NCBI GenBank assembly: GCA_905178155.1
Contig: CAJINV010000012.1
Span: 1,864,492 to 1,928,491 of the forward strand
Source: Amoebophrya sp. A120
Lineage: Eukaryota > Protista > Dinoflagellata
Direction: 5' to 3'
Length of the DNA: 64,000 nt
Shown: in pieces, positions 38,701-51,213 of the stretch
Layout of the letters: every line of letters starts with the position of its first letter
Numbering within the stretch: position 1 is the stretch's first letter
Position numbers and translations under genes: made by a program
The notes under the pieces: model-generated
Told to the model about the DNA's origin: nothing
Databases searched by the model: none
What the model saw: the letters and a program-made list of their open reading frames with translations, nothing else

Positions 38701-40760
38701 CGAGTACCGAGGCAAGCGCTCGGATTCGCCAGACACCATCGCTTAATTTCAACTTTTTTCTATCTTTCAGAAACGCCTTCATCTGGAGTGCTCCTTCCTT
38801 TCGTTTTTTCCCGTCCTCCGAGCTCCAATACTTCAGCTTCGCTCTGTATGCATTGCGAACACGCCCTATGATCCACATTTTTTGCAAAAGATATAATTTA
38901 TTACACGTAAAAAATAAAAAGCAACAAGAAGCTTGACTCTATTAACAGTGGCGAGTTCTTGTTCCAGGAGTTTGGAGGCCCTCTGTTCATCTTCAGAGAC
39001 CTCACATCAAAAACAGAAGTGAAGCAGGTGGCGCGCCTCCTGTTCATTTTTCTGACGTGGATCAGTGATCGCATTTTTCGTGCGGATAAATCGTCGAGCT
39101 CCCGCAAAATCGGTTTGCGCTTCTCCTCTACTTTCTTGATTTCTTTCCAGAGAGGGGAAAGCTGCATTAGGTGTTCCCGGTTGTATATGCAAGAAAAAAA
39201 CTGTGTAGGTGTAACTTTGTACGCAAGAGCAGCATCACAGATTCGTTTTGCATTACAGGGAAAACCTGTCATGCGCAGCTAGGTACGTGGAAACACGTAT
39301 GATAGTAGCCTATGACGCACTTCCAGCATGACAAGTGTTACTGTTTTGCATTTTCTGCATCACAGATTTACACTTACACAGTTTTTTTCTTGCATATTGT
39401 ATGGGCCTTGAGGATATAATTCCTGTAGCTTCGCCGCACTCTTCGGGAAAAGCTCCTGGCTCTTCGATCAAAAGGAAAGATCCCCCCTCCCCATATCAAA
39501 ACGAAGTTTCTGATGCTGGATTTGCGTACACAAATCAGATTTGTCTTGCTGGAGAGGACGGCAGGACTATACCAAGCCCGAACTGGGAAGCTTTGAGCTA
39601 GGCGCTGAGCATGGCAAACGTGTTTGTAGTCTGTAGGGTCAGCAGCATCACAAACCGCCAACAGAGTGCGGCAGAGCCTGTGCGGTTGCGTTCTTGCAAG
39701 ACAGAGACGATTTGAGGTCACAAATCAGCATGACAAATTTTCTGGGACGTGCCTTTTCGATATGGGGAGGGGGAATTTTCATTGCAATATCTTCTGGATT
39801 TCGGGGAGGATGTCTATGGCCTTCTCAAACTTTACACTCTCTACTGTTGCAAATACGAGTTTGCTATGCTGGAATATCAAAACTGAAAGGGAGCATCGCT
39901 ATCGCAGGTTTTTACGCTTCTTGCATTACAGATTCAGCACCACGGATTCTAATCCTATTTTATGAATTGCAAATGTATCGCACTCGTATAAATGCATTTA
40001 CAATTTATTTCCTAAGCGTGAGAAATAAAATTTGTAGTGCGGATTTACCTTAAGAGAAAGATTGATAAAGTGCATGACTGCAATAACTTCCTACGAGTGC
40101 GCTACTTTTGCACAGGATGTATTTAGCGTGTCGTGAAAACTTCTTTTCACGAGATGAAGCTTGATGGTTTATCGAAGCGTGATAGTGATTTATCGCAAGA
40201 AAAAAGTGCTACAATTACACATTGTGTTCTTGCAGGCATAGTAAGACAAACAAGCTCTGTCATGCCGGATAATATGCATAAAAGCCTTGCTTCCCACGTG
40301 TTATCCCGTCGGATTTCTGCAATGCAAGTTTAGTCTCTCATGCAGATAAATTTGTGATGCTAAATTGTAATTGACAACAAGAAATGTGTATACTGTAACA
40401 CTTTTGTCGTGTCACAGTGATTCTGTGTGGCAAAAAATCACGCACTTTATTATGGTTGAGAGTGTACCGATTGAGAGTTTTTTCATAATGTCCCCGGACG
40501 CGGCCGTTAACTTCTCCAGCAGGTCATTCGTCTCACTTAACGGCACTTTCTTCGTTGCAGGGACGGTTTTTTCTTTAGTGAAGAACGACCAGTTCAGGGC
40601 CTGCACTGCGCACAGTGACGCGTTCTGGTCCACTTGGGACGACCAGACAAGGGCAGAGAACAAAACACGCTTCACGAGGTGGGAGCCACAGCAGAACTTC
40701 GCCATCTTTGTTTTTCCCAAGTGGAAAGCGTTCACAAAAAGCTAAAGCTGCAATCGAAAT
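35788..40760 (-). CDS. Hypothetical multi-exon protein with two diverged internal repeat units; boundaries approximate
   Basis: RVRNAYRA.KYW and RQKNEQEARHLL each occur twice (about 36300-37380 and 38060-39185). Confidence 0.5.
35984..36265. mobile_element. Introner family C
   Basis: TIR tatcctgagtaaaaa(t/c)gtacccac; TSD gctct/actct. Confidence 0.9.
36971..37212. mobile_element. Introner family H
   Basis: TIR; TSD aacag/aacaa. Confidence 0.85.
37384..37696. mobile_element. Introner family I
   Basis: TIR tatgg.a.tgtcaggatcgaaatc; TSD tcacg/tcatg. Confidence 0.9.
37777..38058. mobile_element. Introner family B
   Basis: TIR; TSD tcatg/tcata. Confidence 0.85.
38357..38670. mobile_element. Introner family E
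   Basis: TIR; TSD cgcgc/cgtgc. Confidence 0.9.
39186..39396. mobile_element. Introner family G
   Basis: TIR; TSD ttgta/ttgta. Confidence 0.9.
39466..39789. mobile_element. Introner family E
   Basis: TIR; TSD tcttc/tcttc. Confidence 0.9.
39961..40119. mobile_element. Introner family A
   Basis: TIR; TSD tattt/tattt. Confidence 0.85.
40191..40417. mobile_element. Introner family J
   Basis: Homologous to 3566-3774; TSD tgatt/tgatt; right end decayed. Confidence 0.75.
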
Positions 40761-42411
40761 GATGGAAAGTGTCTTTTTATTGTGTCACTCCGGGTCGGAC
40801 AGTAGGCCGTTGCTGATAAATTGCACAAGTGCGGTACTAGGGTAATGTCTTATAGAGGGCGAGAGCGGAATCGGGATGTGCGCCACAACTACGCTTCGTA
40901 CAGAAGTTGTAGATGGTGGTCTCAGAAGTAGATGGCGGTCTTAAAAATCTACAAAACTAGTTCTAAAAGTAGATGGTGGCTCTACGTAGGTAGTTGTAGA
41001 AGTAGATGGTGGTGGAGGTCTCAAAAAAGACTTGGCTACAAGTGTGAGCGATTGACTATCACTAGGACAATCAGCGGCCTGTTTATGTTCGTGATGATTG
41101 TAGTCCCAAGCTCTGAGCGGCGGCGCCGTTGTGTGTGAATTCACCCTATTGGGGTAGCTCAGGACTTGACTACTGCGAGGGTAATCACTAGGATAATCAG
41201 GGGCCTGATCATTTTCGTGGCTCGCGTTTTAGTGCTGTCATTCTTGGCGTAGAACGTCATCACCTTATTAGGTCCTTGATCGCTCGGCACGTCATTTCTT
41301 GTCATCGTTGTGAGTTGCTAACTTTATACCGAGTAGTGTGCTCCTTCTTTGACCGATAGGTCCACAATGATGAGAAACGCCAGCATCGCATCGCTACTAG
41401 TTGTGTCTACCTATTCGCCCTCGTCATCTTCGTAAATCGCTGCAAATGCTTGACTCTCTCCCTCTAGCCAGAGAATAGGATCAAATTTTGATTGTGTAAT
41501 TTTGGATAGATCGTGACGGAGATTGTTCCTTCCTCAAAGAACTCGCATTTTGCGTGGAATTTTAGGTCGATGATCTTCCTGAGAGTGATCCAAATGTTGG
41601 GTTATCCAAATGTTGGGTTTGCAAAAGCAAATAAATGCACATTATTTTTCAACAGATGACCACCGATGCCGTTTTTCTTTTTGAGGACTCTTCACTGTGC
41701 GCCGGCCACCGATCGATCTTAGGAGCTACAAGACGACCCAATCGAACAAAGCCAAATCGTATTTCTTGCCACGAGCAGCTGGACAAAATCTCGTTGGCGG
41801 ACAAGTTTCGCGGCAACGTACCACGACTCGAATGCCACCGCAGATTTTTTTTTGTTCGCACTAGTCACCTTGGGTTCTTTTGCATGTAGTTTCCGTGGTC
41901 TGACAGACTCGGACCACGCCACTATGAATTTATCATGTGCAGCTGCACGAGTACGGACGATGACACTACTAGCTAGCTGGCGGCTCGAACAAGAAAAAAG
42001 TACTGTCGTCGCGCACCAAGAAGCAGTATCGAATGATCTAGAATCACACTACATGCACATGCAGGCGGACTCGGAGTCCGAGACCTGAGTATTAAGTTAT
42101 ATGCGTGCTGTGCTTCTGTATTTTTTTGTTCTTTTTGATTCAGCTTGTTCATATCTTACACGTATAAACAAAACTCGGAGCGGAAAATTATGTGCTTTTC
42201 TGTTTCACTATTACAAGAACCGAGAGCAGTCCTTGCAATCATCCAACCGGGAGGAATTTCTTCTACAGTGCGATAATTACCTTTCATTCTACAACCGGGA
42301 ATCTGTTCTTTGTTGCGTTATTTCAAAGAGAAAGTCCTGCGCGGTGTGAAATTTGACCACGTCTCCTGGGTTTTCTATGTTGTTCATCTCCCACCTTTAT
42401 TCCCCAGGAGC

Positions 42412-43466
42412 TTATGAAGTGACACACCACGACTGGAAGCAGCGCCGCGCAGCTCCGCCGGCGGCTTCTTCTTGTTCTTCCCCATCCTGCAGCAGTGGGT
42501 GAATGTTGCCTAGCTGTTCCTCTGGCGCGCGCAATGGATCAAACCAAAGAGGCGCTCCTTGTCCTTGTTGTCCTTGATCACATCGGGCGTCGTGACCTGA
42601 CCTCGAAAGTTGTTGTCGTAGGCGGTCGTTGTGGATCTGATTCTGGCGCTGGCGCTTCTCTTCCTCCCTCTGCATCTGCTCCCGCATGATCTGCGGAGTT
42701 ACCACTGCGCCACCACTCAAATCATGTAGGCGCTCGTGTGCTGTTTCCTTGTCGTGTTCCCGCAAGCCGAACTTCAGGGCGCATACTTCTGCGGAGAGTT
42801 GCGGCCACACGAGGGCAAAGAGGAACATCAAAGTCGTCATGCTCACGGAGCGGCCGGATCCGGAACAGAAGACATCACGAGCCATGATCGTAAAAAAAAA
42901 AGGCACGATAACTTCGGGAGGAGATGAAACGAAATCAGCTTTCGATAATTCTTCGTTCAGTTCTTCAATTTTTGATTTGCATGTAGATAGGATCGCGGAT
43001 GAGTGGTCTACTTGTACTTCGCTATGTGGCAAAAGTGCTCTAGTTTTATTTCAAAGTGCGCACAGTAAAAATTCTGCGGCTGTTTCTTGTGTAGATCAAT
43101 TAGCAGTGAAAAACTCAGCTCCATTCAAAAGGAAAAGACCACGTAAAGACCGATCCAGATTTGTTCAGATCGAGATCGTTCTTTTGTAGACCATCACGCT
43201 CATAGCGTGTAGTACTTTCTGCATCACTACATCACTGATGTCAAAATCAACATCATCTTTCGCACGACGGTCTTGATCTTGTGGTCAAGAAATCCATGAT
43301 CGTCTGCAAAATAGAGCAGCAAGAAGCTCCTGTGACCAGGTAAACTTCTATGATTTTGGATCATGTTTTCGTCTAGATAAAAAACTGCATCTTTTACGTC
43401 ACCGATGGCGAAGACAGAAATTTCAATTTCGCTTTCATTTCTCCCGAGGACCGAGCGACGTCGCAT
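42412..43466 (-). CDS. Hypothetical protein; exon structure uncertain
   Basis: 206-aa ORF with coiled-coil/Gln-rich segment plus upstream ORF pieces. Confidence 0.35.
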
Positions 43467-43782
43467 GATAACCGATCACGATCAGGAATGCTCACTTTTG
43501 CTATGGAAGAACTCGGATCCGGAGGTTCCTGGGATAAGGAGCCGCTAGCAGTTCGGGGTAATTAAAGAACGATGGCTCAGGAGCCTCAGGCTCACACAGT
43601 ATCATACGATGTCCTTAAGCTTAAACTAATAGTCATAAAATACTATTTGGGAAACGTAATGCTCCTCGACCACGACCTCTACATCTTCACGTTTGAAAAA
43701 TACTCCATTTAAATGCAGCTGCGGAGGCTGCTTGAGTTTGTCTCGTCTTTATCAGCAGCACCCAGGCGACGTCGACATCGCT

Positions 43783-44909
43783 CTAATAGAACTTCTTGCC
43801 TGAAGCTGAAGCTTCAGCAAAGTAGTAGTCCTCCCCCGCCCGCAGTCCAGCTCTTTCCGGCGCTACGTGCCCAACCTCGTAGTAGTTTTTTTCAACATGC
43901 GGCGCATCTTCGACCACATCACCGGAGGATAAAGATACCGAAGTAGGAGATGTTGACGCCAACATACTTTTTCTTTTCCTCCGAGAACTGCTCGCGGCCC
44001 TTCTCCTCCATTGTTGCGGCCTCACCCTTGCTGATGTTGGACTGCGGCAAGTTTCCACAACGTGCATCAAGGGACACATCGCCGTTCTTGCCACGTCATC
44101 TGCGTCGGGGTTGTCCTGGTGCAGCGCGCCGGGCGGACGGGGTACAGTACTAGAATTGTAATTGAAAGAACTATGATTTCCGAGCGGAATTGCACCCGCC
44201 ACCTCGACTTCATACGCGCACGTCCCGTGCCGCAGCGGAATCCACTCATAGGGGGTTTCGACGACTGCAAGGCCCTCTTCAGAAGTAATAATAACCTTTT
44301 TAGATGAAGTCGATGTCGAAGCCGAAGCTGGTCTTGATGTCCCCACCCGCGCATGATGATCTTCGACTTTCCTTCCGCGAAAATGCGTGACCTCCATCGG
44401 CAGCACCGTTTCCTTCAGGCCAAAAAGCTTCCGTTTTGCTAGTGTCCGGAACCGGAGCATTAGGGGCGTAAACCCCTTCTCGCACAACATTGTGGAGTAG
44501 AGCAGCGGCATTTCCGCTCGCCAGGCGTCTCCGTCGGGAAATCCCAAGCGTTCGTAGAACACCAGACGATTTGCCGCCCGATAGGAAAACTGGCGCTTCC
44601 GTTCGTCGGAATTTTCGACCGTCGGATGATCATCGGGCGGATCCTTGTCATGAACCTCTAAGTTGTCAACATCTCCGTTTTCATCGCGATGTGGACGCGT
44701 AGTAGAAGAGGCGGAAGTCATACCCAGCCCTTCCAGGTCGTAATTACCGGTTTCCCCCGGGCCGAGCCCGCCCGGAAGTAACCCGTGTTGCAGGATCGAT
44801 GGAAGGCTTTTTGCCATGGTCACGTGGACGCCAATCAAATCGGGATCTTCTGGAGCGGAGAATGTTTGTTCGGGTTCCCGGATGATGTCGGACCCGTTAT
44901 TCGCAGCAA
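43783..44909 (-). CDS. 3' part of a putative ADP-ribosyltransferase-fold protein, separated from its 5' exon by a 3.6-kb insertion
   Basis: GVHVTMAKSLPSILQHGLLPGG resembles the HxT...LxSILxxGL motif of ART-fold enzymes (DarT/Tpt1/PARP-like); later RLVFY and YEVEVAGAIP. Confidence 0.55.
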
Positions 44910-45805
44910 ATGCCCAAGGACTGGGCCCTTTATTTTGGGCCGTCTCGGGCCCCTTGGGTAGGCCTCTGGCTGCCTCCCCTGGCTTGCCTCCAAAGGATCG
45001 CCACCACAGCGATCGCCCACAGACGAGGGCAAAAAATGTCGCCCCGAACTGCAATTTTTAGTGCGCGAAACGCGTGAAAATGGATGAAAAAACGTGGCAA
45101 AATCTGCCAAAAAGACCACTTTTTGCGGTATGATTCATTTTTTTTAGCACGACCTGTATCCGTGATGAATCATATTTGGCGACCTGCGCCTTAGCATCGT
45201 GATTGGCGTTTTTTTAAAAACTGCATTTTTGCAAATTTTTTGCCATAGCATCGGCCCAAAAAAATGAATCATACGCCCAAATCGCTCATTTTCTTTTAGA
45301 AAATTAGAAAAAAGCGGAAAAATGGCAAGAATCATACTCGCCAAGGCGTATGATTCATTTTTTTTACGCCGATGCTATGGCCGATTTTTGACCCCGATGA
45401 ATCATATCCAAAGCTGGCACCTTTTCGAAATTCGACAACGCGCAGAATTCTTGTCAAATTCTGCTGTCGAAATTCACAAGCACCGCCTCCCAGAGCAGCC
45501 ACCCCATCCACAGGACAGAAGGGCAAGGTCACGACAGGAGCCGCGGGCGTATCCGTGCCAGCCGCCTCGTCTTAGTCCGTTAAACTACTACAAGCCGCCA
45601 CTACATAACTTAGCAAGATCTTCATCCAAAAAAATACTCCAGGCCTTACCTCCACGAGACGCAAACTCTCCGCCGGAAAAAAAAAAATCGCTGATGAAAT
45701 ACTTGACTTTTTCGGCAAGAGTGCCGGCTTTTTTTCAAAAAAGTGATGACTTTTCAGGGTCGAACTCGGGCGAGTATGAGTATGATTCATTTTTTCCGTG
45801 CGATA
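44910..45805. mobile_element. Long one-ended element with ATA terminus and subterminal repeats
   Basis: Ends ...tatgattcattttttccgtgcgata; TATGATTCATTTTT at about 45129, 45349, 45781 and inverted at about 45260. Confidence 0.6.
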
Positions 45806-45975
45806 AATCGGGGTCTTCTGGAGCGGAGAATGTTTGTTCGGGTTCCCGGATGATGTCGGACCCGTTATGCGCAGCCTCTGCCCTTAATGGTTATTGTCAT
45901 GCTGATTTGCCTTGGGAGCCAGATTTGTAATGCATGAATGCGATTACTACGAGTACGATACTTTTGCACAGGATA

Positions 45976-47274
45976 ATGTGACGTTTTCGGCGAATTCTTT
46001 GAAGTTCAGCTTCCCCGTCTGCTTCGTGTCCAGGAACCGCACCCTATAAACTGCAAAAGTATTGTACTCGTGTAAATGCATTACAAATTTCTTCAGCATG
46101 AAGAGAAATAAAGTTTGTAATGCGGATTGACCTTAAGAAAAGGATTTATAATGCATGCTTGCAATACAAGTACGATACTTTTGCACAGGATACACCCAAC
46201 CGAGCAGCAAGTTGTTGTTCGCTTTCCGCGACAAGTGCTCCAGAAAGGTGTTTAACGTTCGCAAATCAGGCGCCTGGTGCTGCAGATTGGCGGAAAAGGA
46301 AGACCGGTGCGTGTTCAGATTGAAGTCCCCGTAACTGGTGTCGTTGGTGATGGAATGCATCTTCACGGTCGGGTGAAGTTTGTTGTCCACGCCGAACCGA
46401 CCGGGTGGGGCGGAGAGGGAGAACTGTTTTATCATGTCGTGGAATGTTGCATTTTACCAAAGTACTATATCATCTTCATCTTGTTATTCGAGTCAAGTTC
46501 TAAAACAATACGCAACAGGGAAGATTTGATGCGTCGTATAGAAGTACAGCATGACATCACATCATTCATCCCAACGTCATCTTCAAAACGAGAAGTTGGC
46601 AAGAACTCATCACACGTTATACCGCGCTCCCCATCTGCGTCGTCCGCCCCATCGTCCTGGTTTGGTTCATCAATAACTTGTTATTCTCCATATCTTTCTC
46701 GAGTTTCTTCTGCAGCGTTTCCTTTGCCTTGTCATACTCGTTGTAGTCTAAGTTCCGGCAGTACAGATGCTTGCAGTCGATGCTGAAGTAGTAAAACAAC
46801 AGCCGCGGATTTTTCGGGTAGCAAATTTGGTCGCAGAGTATTCTAAACTCCTCCTTCGTCCAATACCGGTCCTCCTCGCAGTCCAGTGGCACTTTGCAGT
46901 TCGCGAAACAGATCTCGGAGAACATTTTCGCGAAAGTTCCGTACCGCTTTTCCACGCCGATTTTGAAATCCTTTATCATCTCGGACAATTCCGGGTGAAG
47001 TATGCATTGCAAAAATTGTTGTATCGTCGCGCTTGTATTGATTTTGATTGCGCAGTAACGCATGTGACAGATGATGCACCTGCTTCCGGTTGTACTGACT
47101 CTGCATGACAAGTTGCCTCTACTTCATCATTGTGGAAAAAATTATGTCAGGCTGCAAACACTATCACTAGTACGAAGATACTTTTCTTCCAATGCATATC
47201 GAACAATTCCAACCTGAGTTGTGGTGGCGTGGTTTTCTTCTGGTTCGGCACCCCGAAGGCGTTGGCGCCGTTCG
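45976..47274 (-). pseudogene. Diverged fragment (paralog or allele) of the EF-hand gene segment at about 55666-57073
   Basis: Same exon peptides with mostly synonymous changes, a different set of TIR elements and a diverged canonical intron. Confidence 0.75.
46045..46192. mobile_element. Introner family A, absent from the homologous site 55877-55881
   Basis: TIR; TSD caccc/caccc; single caccc at the empty site. Confidence 0.95.
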
Positions 47275-47429
47275 TATCCTGAGTAAAAACGTACCCACAC
47301 CAGAGTCAGGATGGGGATTTTGCAACACAAACCTAGGAGTTTTGTTCGGGTTCCCGGATGATGTCGGGTTCGTTATGCGCAGCAAATGCCCAAGGACTGG
47401 GCCCTTTATTTTCCAACGACCGGATTTTT

Positions 47430-48512
47430 GGTTTTGGAAAGCATTTCCAACGCCCGGAACACCGCCACCTGGTTATCAGATGCAAAAGTGTCTGGGTCTG
47501 GAACAAAGCAACTTGTCATGCTAAATCTGAATCATGTAAAAATCTGTGTTGCATCATTACCAAAAGCCGTCCACTTTTGACCTAATCGGGAGGCAGTTTC
47601 TCATGCGGGGTAGGCATGATAGAACTCGCACAGAATCTGTCATGCTATGTCCTACATACCAGACCCCATGGGTCATGGAAACCCTGCATGACAAGTCTGG
47701 CATTCTTCCAGACCCAAACATTTTTACATTTGATACTGGTCGATCGCGGATAAATGCACATAGCCGGAAATTTCCCGGTCCAAGTACGTGAACAGCCGTA
47801 TCCTATGTAAAAACATCCCCACACCAATGTCAAGATGGAAAATGTGCTAGACAAATCAACCAGCTTTGGTTGTTTCGCATGACAAATTTGGCCCCGTAGT
47901 GTGATCCTGTTTAGTTAGCTCCAGCAGCATAACAGGTCTAGCAGGTCATGCTGATTTGAGCATCACAAAATCCAAAACACGACGGGGAAATGCTTCGCAT
48001 GGGGCTTCACATGAGAAACATTTTTGCCCTGCAGATTTGCATGACAACTTTGGGGTGGGGATGTTTTTACTCAGAATATGCCGTCGTGGATTGCCGTCGT
48101 ACCGGATCTCCCGGCAGAGCTCCCGCCACTGCTCGAAATCCAGGTTCACGCCGGAATACTGGTATGCAATACAAATTTAGCGTAGGTAGTTGCACGACGA
48201 AGCAGATGCACAAAGTGCATGACAAATTCCGGCACCAGCATTAGAGCTGAAAGTTGTCATGGTAAATGGGCTGGGGAAACAGAAGATCTGTCATCGTCAT
48301 GCAATAAGGTCATCATGATCATCTGCATCTGTGTGTACTACGGTAAGAAGAACTTTGCTCTAGATAACTGCAAGATAATCTGCATAAACGCCTGCTTCGT
48401 CGATCCGTAGCGGACGTGAAGTCGCTCGATGAACAGTTTCAAGTGGTTTTTCTATCCTGTGCAAAAGTATCGCAGTCGTAGTAATTGCAAACATGCATTA
48501 CAAATCTTGTTC
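47430..48512. repeat. Apparently identical copy of 58129-59211
   Basis: Direct repeat at an offset of 10699 bp, including two TIR introns and a truncated third. Confidence 0.9.
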
Positions 48513-48680
48513 GGGTTCCCGGATGATGTCGGACCCGTTATTCGCAGCAACACCGGCGCTGCCCCCAAAGCCCGAGGAAAGAACTCTCCATTCGTCACTT
48601 TCAGTTTCATCACATCCAATCTCCCATTTGCAGCCCGGTCCCCCGACTACAGCGCGAGCAAAGAGACCCGCTCTCTGCTG
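48507..48680 (-). CDS. Upstream exon of the ART-fold gene
   Basis: ...GGSAGVAANNGSDIIREPEQ overlaps exactly with AANNGSDIIREPEQTF at 44866-44909. Confidence 0.55.
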
Positions 48681-50253
48681 GTTCAAACAAAAAAACAAGA
48701 AGAATCTCATACTATTCTACAGATGAATTTGGAAACACATCAAACGAAATAAAGAAAAAGAAAATTATTATACAGGAAGAAGTACTGAAACTCAAGAAAG
48801 ATGAACAAGCAGAGGTCTCGTCTCCCGTCACTATCAATAAACCTATATCGTGAATACCAGCCTGCTCTATGATACGAGAATGTGCAAATGGTTGTTCATA
48901 AACGGCTTTCTTGGTCGGATCGAAATTTCGAGTCTGGGTACTAGTTCACTTCTATCTTTACATTTGCAGACTGGGATGATCGTGGAGATCCGACAGAGAT
49001 TTTGTTGGCTGTAATATCGTCGGATCTGTGGCATTTAGCACGAAAAGACTTTCCTGGTGCAGATCTCTCTCCAGCATCAACTTCTGCTTCGTGTCGAAAC
49101 AAGATTGAGACCGTTCTTGTCGGATCGCGGTCATTCTCTACTTTTCATTCACATTCTAGTAGGGAAAGGTATACAGATTTATGCTCTTAAACGAAGAGCG
49201 CCATGCGGTTGCGGCCAACAACAAAGTACAAACTACACGATGTGATCGAACAAAGCTGCCAAATGAATTTGCCACGAGCTGGACAAGTTTCAACACGGCA
49301 CCGTGTCCTGCACTACACTGGAAATTTAGTTTTTTCGCACGACTCACCTTTGAGTTTTCCGCGTATTTCACACATATAAAACATCCAACAAGGTTGGACA
49401 TTTCGGGTGGTGGAGGTGATGTAAAGTAAGTATTATACATAGTCCTACCTCCTTCCTCTAGTGCTGTGTTTGCTGAGTGCGTGCTTTATTTTGTTTGTGA
49501 AAGTTTTTGATGAAACGCCGATCACCAGCAAGTATTCATTGGGTGAATAGCAGGCGCTCGTCCTCCAGATCGAGTAATTCTTTGTAGCTGTATTTCCCTG
49601 GAATTGACGTGGTACTTTGTACTACATTGCTTTTCAACATCGTGTACTACTTGGCAGCTCTGGTTGCATTCTCACATTAATAGAATACTGGCTCTTGATG
49701 TTCACTTCTTTAACAGTACAATGGCCTTATCTTATTTTCTGCCGAAGCAGAAAAATCTTCATGCGACATTTTTGATTCATCTTTCCGTATCCGTTGACCA
49801 CCACATGCAGCACATACGATGAAGGTCTTGTTTTTTAGTACCATACTTTGTAAAAAAGTACGACAAAAACTACTAGTTGTGTGCATTGTGTTCATTTTCG
49901 AGGTTAATGCTGTGGCGTGTCTTATGTTGATGTTCTGTGGTTGTAGTAGTGTTTCCGTTCTTCTTTTATTCCGTGTTAGATATGGTCATGCTGACATAAA
50001 AATGACAATGACCCTCTACTGTTCCGTCTGTAATTAGCAGTGAACGACGTCCCAATTTATTCCGTGACGACGAGCAGGGAGGCATACAAACGGAAAAATC
50101 TCGAAAAATCTTCTTATATATCTACTTTCCCGCGTTGATGTTCATGTTCCATTTCGACTCCCGAAGTTTAAAGCATCAATCTGTCCTCCCCCTCTTCTTC
50201 TCATACCAGATTGACCAAGAAAAGACCCAATTTACATTTAGCACTGAAGAAAT

Positions 50254-51213
50254 TTAGTGCTTCTTGCGCTGGGCGGCAATCTATGAACTGCAAAAGTATC
50301 GCACACGTATAAATGCATTACAAATTTTCTCAGCATGAGAAATAAAATTTGTAATGCTGATTTGCCTTGAGCTTGACAAAGAAATTTGTAATGCAAGACC
50401 AGCATTTATACGAGTACGATACTTTTGCACAGGATACAATCGCCTCGGTCATCTCCTCACGCTTCTTCTTACCGCGCTTGTGCGTGCCCAACCTATAAAA
50501 GTGCACAACTCCCCCTCCCCCACATTTGTATTGCATGAACAGCAACACAAGCAACAGCAGAAAAGGGGCCTTCGCATGACAAATCTACATGCGGATTGTA
50601 GTACTATTTGAGGTTCCAAAATTTGTCATGCTAACAATGCTTACGTGTGAGTTTGGTATTTTGCATTACAAATGAGGGGGAGGGGGAGTTGTGCACAGTC
50701 ATACAACCGCTTCTTGGCGTACTTCAACGCACGCTTCAGGGAGTATTAAATGCAAATATGTCTGGGTCTGGAGGGATGCAAGGTTTGTCATGCACATTTT
50801 GCATATCTCCTGATGTCTGTGATGCCTACCCTAGCATCACATATTTTTCGAGGACTTCCTGATGCCTGTACCGCATGAGAAATGCCCTCGCACCGTGGCA
50901 AAAACTGGACCTCTTTTTCTGTTTATGCAATACAGATTTTTGTAGAATCCAAATGCAGCATCACAAGTTGCATCCTTCCAGACCTACTAGACATATTTGC
51001 AATGCATAGGGAGGAGGCGGACCCCATCTTGATGAGCTCCATGACACGACGTTCATAGGGCGCGAAGCCCGCGGTCTCGCGGACCACCTCGCGAACGAGG
51101 GCGACTTTGGAGGAGAGCTTGCCCTTCATATTGGAGGGCTTTTGCTTCAGGGTGCGCACCGTGGTGACGTGACCACGTTCGCGGCCAGCGGCAATTCCGG
51201 AGCGGGGCGACAT
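50254..51213 (-). CDS. RPL36: 60S ribosomal protein L36 (eL36), four exons
   Basis: MSPRSGIAAGRERGHVTT...VREVVRETAGFAPYERRVMELIK...SL|KRALKYAKKRL|GTHKRGKKKREEMTEAI|AAQRKKH*. Confidence 0.96.
50282..50436. mobile_element. Introner family A in RPL36
   Basis: TIR; TSD caatc/caatc. Confidence 0.95.
50494..50703. mobile_element. Introner family K in RPL36
   Basis: TIR tat....gtgcacaactccccctcccc; TSD caacc/caacc. Confidence 0.95.
50744..51008. mobile_element. Introner family B in RPL36
   Basis: TIR; TSD gggag/gggag. Confidence 0.95.

Noticed and set aside
40900-41220. Degenerate AGAAGTAGATGGTGG tandem repeats
   Set aside because: Low-complexity Ser/Thr/Pro-type repeat with no evidence of special function.
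44910-45054. N-terminus of the 423-aa ORF (MQFGATFF...)
   Set aside because: It derives from the inserted element. The true upstream sequence is at 48507-48680.
44837-48550. CRISPR-like repeat-spacer reading of the four target copies
   Set aside because: Repeats are coding sequence of unequal length and the spacers are kb-sized local fragments. Rearrangement or misassembly explains it better.
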